Source of the DNA: Blepharisma stoltei ATCC 30299
Taxonomy: Eukaryota; Protista; Ciliophora
DNA: 64,000 bases
NCBI GenBank assembly: GCA_965603825.1
Contig: CBFDEM010000035.1
Location: 310,001-374,000, forward strand
Reading direction: 5' to 3'
Below are positions 63,101-64,000 of this stretch, in pieces; the first letter of the stretch is position 1, and each line of letters begins with the position of its first letter. The notes under the pieces were generated by a model. It was not told where the DNA came from and did not search any database. It saw nothing but the letters and a program-made list of their open reading frames with translations. Made by a program: the position numbers and the translations under genes.

Positions 63101-63995
63101 CATATAAACTTTCATTTTTTGTATAAAGAGCATATAATTCTATCTTTAAACTCTCGTTTTCTTTTATTAGCTCCTGATTATCATTATTCCCTCTTTTTTT
63201 TTGGAATTCCTTGAATTTTTCACCCGTAAGTTGTTTCCATAAATAAGAGTCATAGTCCACCACTTTTTTCAATTCCAAGTTCATTTCTCTCATTTCTTTT
63301 ATTTTCTTTTTAATAGCCATCATTTTCAAATTTAAGTTTGGCCCTGATTTTTTCCCTTTGCCTTTTTCAGCTTCCAGTTGGCTTTTCAGCTGCTTCAATA
63401 TTTCTTCATATTGATTTTGAAAAGGATGCCGGTTTGCATATTTTGAATCCGGGTTTAGCTTCCCATGTTTCCATTTTTCAATTTCTATAGCAAACATATA
63501 CAATTCTTGAATTTTTCTTTTCCCTGAAAAATTCCCTTCAAAAATACTAGCTTTTTTCTTCATTAAGTTGACCATATCATCTCTTGACCTATCAGCAAGT
63601 TCTACTGCAGTTTTTTCGCTTGCAAAAATAATATTTTCAAAAAAGCTTTGTGTGTCATTTTGGCTGATCAAGTAATTGATAATTTTCCCTTTGATTACTT
63701 CAATAGCTATAGCTGCCTCAATTATCTCTTCCTGTGATGAGTCTTGGTCAATATCATTGCTTTTTTCCACCAATAACTCTACTGCTTTTTGAATATTCAA
63801 AGGTAGCTTCCCACATTTTGAGATTATATTTTTCAAATTTTCTACTGATTTATTGATCAAGTCTCCACTTTTTTCACTAGGGATTGCCAGATTTGGAGAG
63901 TAAGACCGTTCCAGGTTTCTTGGCGTGAGATCACTGAAATCACTTGTATAGCTTGTGTCCCCAATTGTCATGAGACTCTTAGAGTTCAACAGCAT
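60102..63995 (-). CDS. Very long coiled-coil protein with C-terminal IQ motif and MFI/C11orf65-like segment (may extend beyond the window)
   Basis: 1297-aa K/E-rich ORF; AAVIQKWCRRRRLRRTF...EPSKLL..VDP...FRFAGEGWPPEILF; frame still open at the window edge. Confidence 0.85.
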   Translation of the reverse strand: MLLNSKSLMTIGDTSYTSDFSDLTPRNLERSYSPNLAIPSEKSGDLINKSVENLKNIISKCGKLPLNIQKAVELLVEKSNDIDQDSSQEEIIEAAIAIEVIKGKIINYLISQNDTQSFFENIIFASEKTAVELADRSRDDMVNLMKKKASIFEGNFSGKRKIQELYMFAIEIEKWKHGKLNPDSKYANRHPFQNQYEEILKQLKSQLEAEKGKGKKSGPNLNLKMMAIKKKIKEMREMNLELKKVVDYDSYLWKQLTGEKFKEFQKKRGNNDNQELIKENESLKIELYALYTKNESLYGIKEELQNEVEKCKQIIKDLASQIKLDNQKDEEIDYYLLKIESQDSLINQLEKKIESLKNCLSNRLPMVSSEIHALKNAAREIKGNLIKESRNWNSNCQNGTRIISIFLRKAMDENNQTKLANANLSGLLENQINDAKLQKKENEELKFSLIKASKAQEKLRTSLKYVLKTTESVKFSINDIKKLQNLQMKANSESLVLIKSKISEIARENKEKAEILRKSLTFQYHQSKLSVFRKACKIKESISESKSTVLAMKSEYSRKISDFIAHFNKTASAMVAQIKDKSIKISEELGSVKNERDIFKTRFSDASKEIELILIDKEKLKIAIEDKERETLKFAETNKRQSEELSKKQKEVELILEQMKIAKSREIDPAVVDGLKANNNELKDELSKVQKSKDWEILKITKEMQMIEKNLAESIKNRENEINMLAAENSELKIELSNYQQESSKIMQLINEEKENIEANLNSFIKRKEDEINELRIKYEELKNHESENEKIISKIKEENSTVLNYLTQKDAENEKLIEENQYLSEKALAKERGIQNMMMEKNKLEENLNITIKSKESEIVSYKEKSDSLKNEIFKLQKEKENDKELYTIECKKLEENHNKSIKSKENEITSLKEEIDTKRNEIKGNLTQIRNITNKSVLLVNELKDLKGYISGLKSSITTEMHNYLIEMQTILQMSISEKWTKNEEFNKLKIQMAIENEKSQYKILEKNKDCASEENQKFQQDIKKLEKINLYNLCQLKNIIGPQLNNLRSTNAQNKDSIISLQMEIVNSFKIFKKKFHRKVNEKTIKELETLEEVTELEKIVKAENFQFKDSSIIPQLTQVMENIVKENNSLIENFDSKTITLKDFRRNFVENVSSFYISVNNVLNEYSSKMVKEKEDLVSKINEIKTYYEIKLKEILRGGKSAIMVLNNGAAVIQKWCRRRRLRRTFDQYMNLIRMEPSKLLEMVDPSLVPIYGNHPRLRKCFRFAGEGWPPEILFNASILEEENEEEKEPKDK

Positions 63996-64000
63996 AGACT

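Noticed and set aside
1-64000. Prokaryotic systems (CRISPR, operons, IS elements) or a Mycoplasma/mitochondrial origin suggested by UGA=Trp
   Set aside because: Gene content is eukaryotic nuclear (CFAP251, RPL23A, PIKfyve, USP) with spliceosomal introns; no repeat-spacer array seen.

Overview
This is AT-rich, gene-dense eukaryotic DNA from a heterotrich ciliate somatic (macronuclear) genome, most consistent with Blepharisma. TGA is read as Trp: it falls at conserved Trp positions and swaps with TGG between tandem paralogs. TAA/TAG are the stops, and the two clear introns are 15-nt GT..AG. The supplied ORF track is therefore fragmented. Re-reading with TGA=Trp gives about 30 genes. The left part (1-26 kb) holds mostly conserved genes: DUSP-USP, a TBC1D23-like/TTC39-like fusion, ataxin-2/PBP1-like, a domesticated MULE transposase-like gene, CFAP251, kinase-RING-IBR, phosphomevalonate kinase, FAB1/PIKfyve-like, RPL23A, Cyc8-like TPR, HIT-like and PLAC8. 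The middle (26-57 kb) is a fast-turnover region with kelch-like paralogs and pseudogenes, pentapeptide-WD40 tandem paralogs, DOMON, patatin and large surface receptors. The right end holds FAM135-like and a long coiled-coil gene. Best leads: (1) a 96-bp TA-bounded, IES-like insertion left inside a kelch-like gene; (2) a receptor-like protein made of a catalytically dead pepsin ectodomain, a Ser/Gly stalk, a TM helix and a cytoplasmic RING; (3) a catalytically dead domesticated MULE; (4) a TBC-rhodanese-TTC39 fusion whose full length depends on an atypical tiny intron. All family assignments come from manual motif recognition, not database searches.
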